From Lama guanicoe (taxonomy: Eukaryota), in NCBI GenBank assembly GCA_013239625.1, contig MU053588.1, positions 1,808,508-1,872,507 of the forward strand: a DNA stretch of 64,000 nucleotides, given 5' to 3'. Under the pieces are notes generated by a model. That model saw only the letters and a list, made by a program, of their open reading frames with translations, made no database searches and was not told the DNA's origin. Positions 62,127 through 64,000 of this stretch are shown piece by piece (position 1 is the stretch's first letter; every line of letters starts with the position of its first letter). The position numbers and the translations under genes were made by a program.

Positions 62127-62199
62127 GCTGAAAAAGATCTCTTTTCTGGTAAAGTAAAACAAACAAACAAGCAAGCAGACAAACAAAAAAACCCCACAA

Positions 62200-63295
62200 C
62201 CCTGCACACTCTCAAGAGAATGAGAAGACAAGCCAAAGATTGGGAGAAAGTAATTTCAGAACACGTATCTGGTAATATTGTTGTCTAAAATAAATAAAGA
62301 ACGCTTTAAAGTCAATGACAAGGAGAACAAATCAGTTTTTAAAATGGGCCAAAGATCTGAACAGACCTCAACAAAGAAGATATACAGATGTCAAATAAGC
62401 CTGTGATAAGATGCTTAACATCAAGTGTTATTAGGGAATTGTAAATTAAAACAAGATACCACTACACACTTTTAGTATGCCTAAAATTTAGAACAATGAC
62501 AACACCAAATGCTGGTGAGGATGTGGAGCATCAGGAACTCTCATTCATTGCTGGTGAGAGTGCAAAATGGTACAGCCAGTTTGGAAGATAGTTTGATGGT
62601 TTCCTACAAAACTAAGAATATTCTTACCATGTGATCCATGAGTTGTGCTCCTAAATGGTTTACCCAAAAGGGCTGAAAACTTTATGTCCCTAGAAAAACC
62701 TGCACACGAATGTTTATAGCAGCTTTACTCATGATTGCCAAAACTTGGAAGAAAACAAGATGTTTCTCAGTAGGTGAATGGATGAATAAATTGTGGTACA
62801 TCCAGACAATGTGATATGATTCAGCATTAAAAAGTATGAGCTATGGAGCCATGAGAAGACATGGAAGAACCTTAAGGTGAAAGAATCCAATCCGAAAAGG
62901 CTACATACTGTATGATTCCAACTATAGGATACTCAAAGGTAAAACTATGGTGGCTGTAAAATGATCAGAGGTTCCCAGGGGTGAGGGAGATGAGTAGGTA
63001 GAGTGCAGATTTTTAGGGCAGTGAAAATACTCTGCATAATATTATAAGGATGAATATATGTTATTATGCATGTGTCCAAACCCATCAGATGTACAACACC
63101 AAGAGTGAACCCTAAGGTAAACTATGGATTTTGAATGATTATGATGTGTCAGTGTAGGCTCATCTATTATAAGAAACGTACCACTGATGGGGCATGTGGA
63201 GAGTGGGGAGGCTCTGCATGTGTGGAGATGGTGTACATGGAAATTATTTTGCTCTCAATTTTGCTTAGAACCTAGAACTGCTCCAAAAAATAATG
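62200..63295 (+). mobile_element. Old LINE-1 3' end
   Basis: aatgggccaaagatctgaacagac...gtgaaccctaaggtaaactatgga. Confidence 0.85.
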
Positions 63296-63349
63296 TGTGA
63301 GAAAAGACATTAGTAGGAAAAGTGATGAAATCAAAATAAAGTCTGACTT

Positions 63350-63758
63350 ACCATATGGATAAAGATGTGGTATATTTATACAATGGAATACTACTCAGCC
63401 ATAAAAAGAATAAAACAATACCATTTGCAGCAACACGGATGGACCTGGAGATCATCATTCTAAGTAAGCCAAAAAGAGGAAGAAAAATGCCATGTATATA
63501 GTAATGTGTATCTGTTAATCCCAAACTCATAATTTATCTCTCCTCCCCCTTCCCCTTTGGTAACCATAATTTGTTTTCTATGTCCATGAGTCTATTTCCG
63601 GCTTGTAAATAAAATTTGTGTTTTTAAAAATTCCACGTGTAAGTGATATCGTATGGTATTTGTCTTTCTTTGTCTGACTTACTTCACTTAGTATGACAAT
63701 CTCCAGGCCCATCCATGTTGCAAATGGCATTTCATTTTTTCTGGTTGAATAATATTCC

Positions 63759-63811
<53 letters not shown>

Positions 63812-64000
63812 CCACATCTTCCTTATCCAGTCATCTGTTGATGGACATTTAGGTTGCTTGCATTTATTTGCTATTGTAAATAGTGCTGCTATGAACGCAG
63901 GGGTGCATGTGTTTTTTCGAATTAGAGTTTTCCCCAGATACGTGGCCAGGAGTGGGATTGCTGGATCATATGGTAAGTCTGTTTTTAGTTTTTAAGGAAC
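63350..64000. mobile_element. L1 3' fragments in opposite orientations (+ 63350-63495, - 63496-64000), with (AC)23 at 63764-63809
   Basis: The [23 protein letters not shown] segment is present on both strands. Confidence 0.85.

Overview
Mammalian genomic DNA, very probably a camelid (alpaca/llama/camel), inferred from about 22 copies of a tRNA-Ala-like SINE resembling vic-1. The gene content matches the region syntenic to human 19q13.2. It contains: (1) a complete SELENOV gene (+; coding exons 2142-5111, in-frame Sec TGA at 4535-4537, 341 aa, SECIS-bearing 3'UTR exon from 7892); (2) intronless EID2 (-, 18355-19014); (3) a decayed EID2-like paralogue with a still CpG-rich promoter (-, ~29800-30935); (4) a four-exon galectin of the LGALS13/14/16/CLC cluster (-, 34229-38555, 138 aa); (5) an inverted galectin exon-4 relic (+, ~45685-45945). 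Most of the rest is L1, LTR/ERV, SINE and DNA-transposon sequence. Best leads: the SELENOV SECIS has AUGG in place of the near-invariant AUGA core; the otherwise intact galectin has AA instead of AG at its exon-2 acceptor; an inverted copy of SELENOV exon 5 lies just past the SECIS exon; and two L1s sit back-to-back in one target site. I see no new multi-gene system. Repeat boundaries and family names are by eye and approximate, and comparisons to human proteins are from memory.
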